A stretch of 64,000 bases of DNA from an uncultured Verrucomicrobiae bacterium. Lineage in GTDB: Bacteria; Verrucomicrobiota; Verrucomicrobiia; Chthoniobacterales; Chthoniobacteraceae. A program made the position numbers and the translations under genes. The notes beneath the pieces are model-generated. The model saw only the letters and a list, made by a program, of their open reading frames with translations, did not search any database and was not told the DNA's origin. The stretch spans positions 256,001-320,000 of the forward strand of contig CAVYKI010000006.1 in NCBI GenBank assembly GCA_963769025.1, given 5' to 3'. Position 1 is the first letter of the stretch, and each line of letters starts with the position of its first letter. This document shows, in pieces, positions 63,568 through 64,000 of the stretch.

Positions 63568-64000
63568 ATGAAAACACCAAGTCAGAACCCAGTACGTCTA
63601 TCCCTATGGTCGCTGCTCGTGGCGCTCTCCAGCGCAACGGGCTTTGCGGCTACACTCAATGTGCCTAGCGGGCCATATCCCACCATCCAGTCCGCGGTGT
63701 CCGCGGCAGTTGCGGGTGACACCGTTCTCGTCGCGCCGGGCACCTACAACGAGAACGTGACAATCACCAAGAACATCAAACTGTTCTCCAGTGGCGGTCG
63801 TGCGGTGACCAATATCCAAGGCCAGCAAGCCGGCCCGGAACTGGGCGCGGTGGTCGTGACAAACAACACAACCGGTGTGGAAATTGGCGCCATCAGCCAG
63901 GGTTTCACGATTGTGGGACTCGACGGTCCTCCCGGGATCGAGCGGGCGGCGATCTACTTCCAAGGAAACCACAGCAACGCCAAGGTCATCGGCAACAATG
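63568..64000 (+). CDS. secreted pectin-lyase-fold (right-handed beta-helix) protein; runs off the window
   Basis: Absent from the ORF track. AAGGA/AGGA RBS, signal peptide, then TLNVPSGPYPTIQSAVSAAVAGDTVLVAPGTYNENVTI. Confidence 0.85.
   Translation, partial: MKTPSQNPVRLSLWSLLVALSSATGFAATLNVPSGPYPTIQSAVSAAVAGDTVLVAPGTYNENVTITKNIKLFSSGGRAVTNIQGQQAGPELGAVVVTNNTTGVEIGAISQGFTIVGLDGPPGIERAAIYFQGNHSNAKVIGNN

Overview
High-GC bacterial chromosomal window. It is most consistent with Verrucomicrobiota (Chthoniobacter-like), judged from the PVC-type DUF1549/DUF1553/DUF1501 genes, a PEP-CTERM protein and Tat-exported Gfo/Idh/MocA enzymes. A housekeeping core (manC, ruvX, truA, ftsH, SurA-like PPIase, accA, panB, folK, dapB, dapA, typA) sits between accessory segments. 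These include a 2216-aa modular surface protein with tandem IPT/TIG repeats, an orphan beta-class DNA methyltransferase coupled to glcE-like and oppBC-like genes, a four-gene phosphorelay with no output domain, an SRPBCC-DoxX-BNR-MoaD operon, an IS5-family element joining two 5'-truncated genes with no target duplication, and a membrane-anchored TIR-domain protein. Signals missing from the ORF track are a sigma54-like promoter with a palindrome, a 58-codon ORF and a hairpin at 645-927, plus dispersed 7/8-mer tandem repeat elements, one of them inside a coding frame. About 18 single-base frameshifts, some in housekeeping genes, most likely reflect long-read consensus errors. I saw no rRNA, tRNA or CRISPR array. 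All family assignments come from motif recognition by eye; no searches were run.
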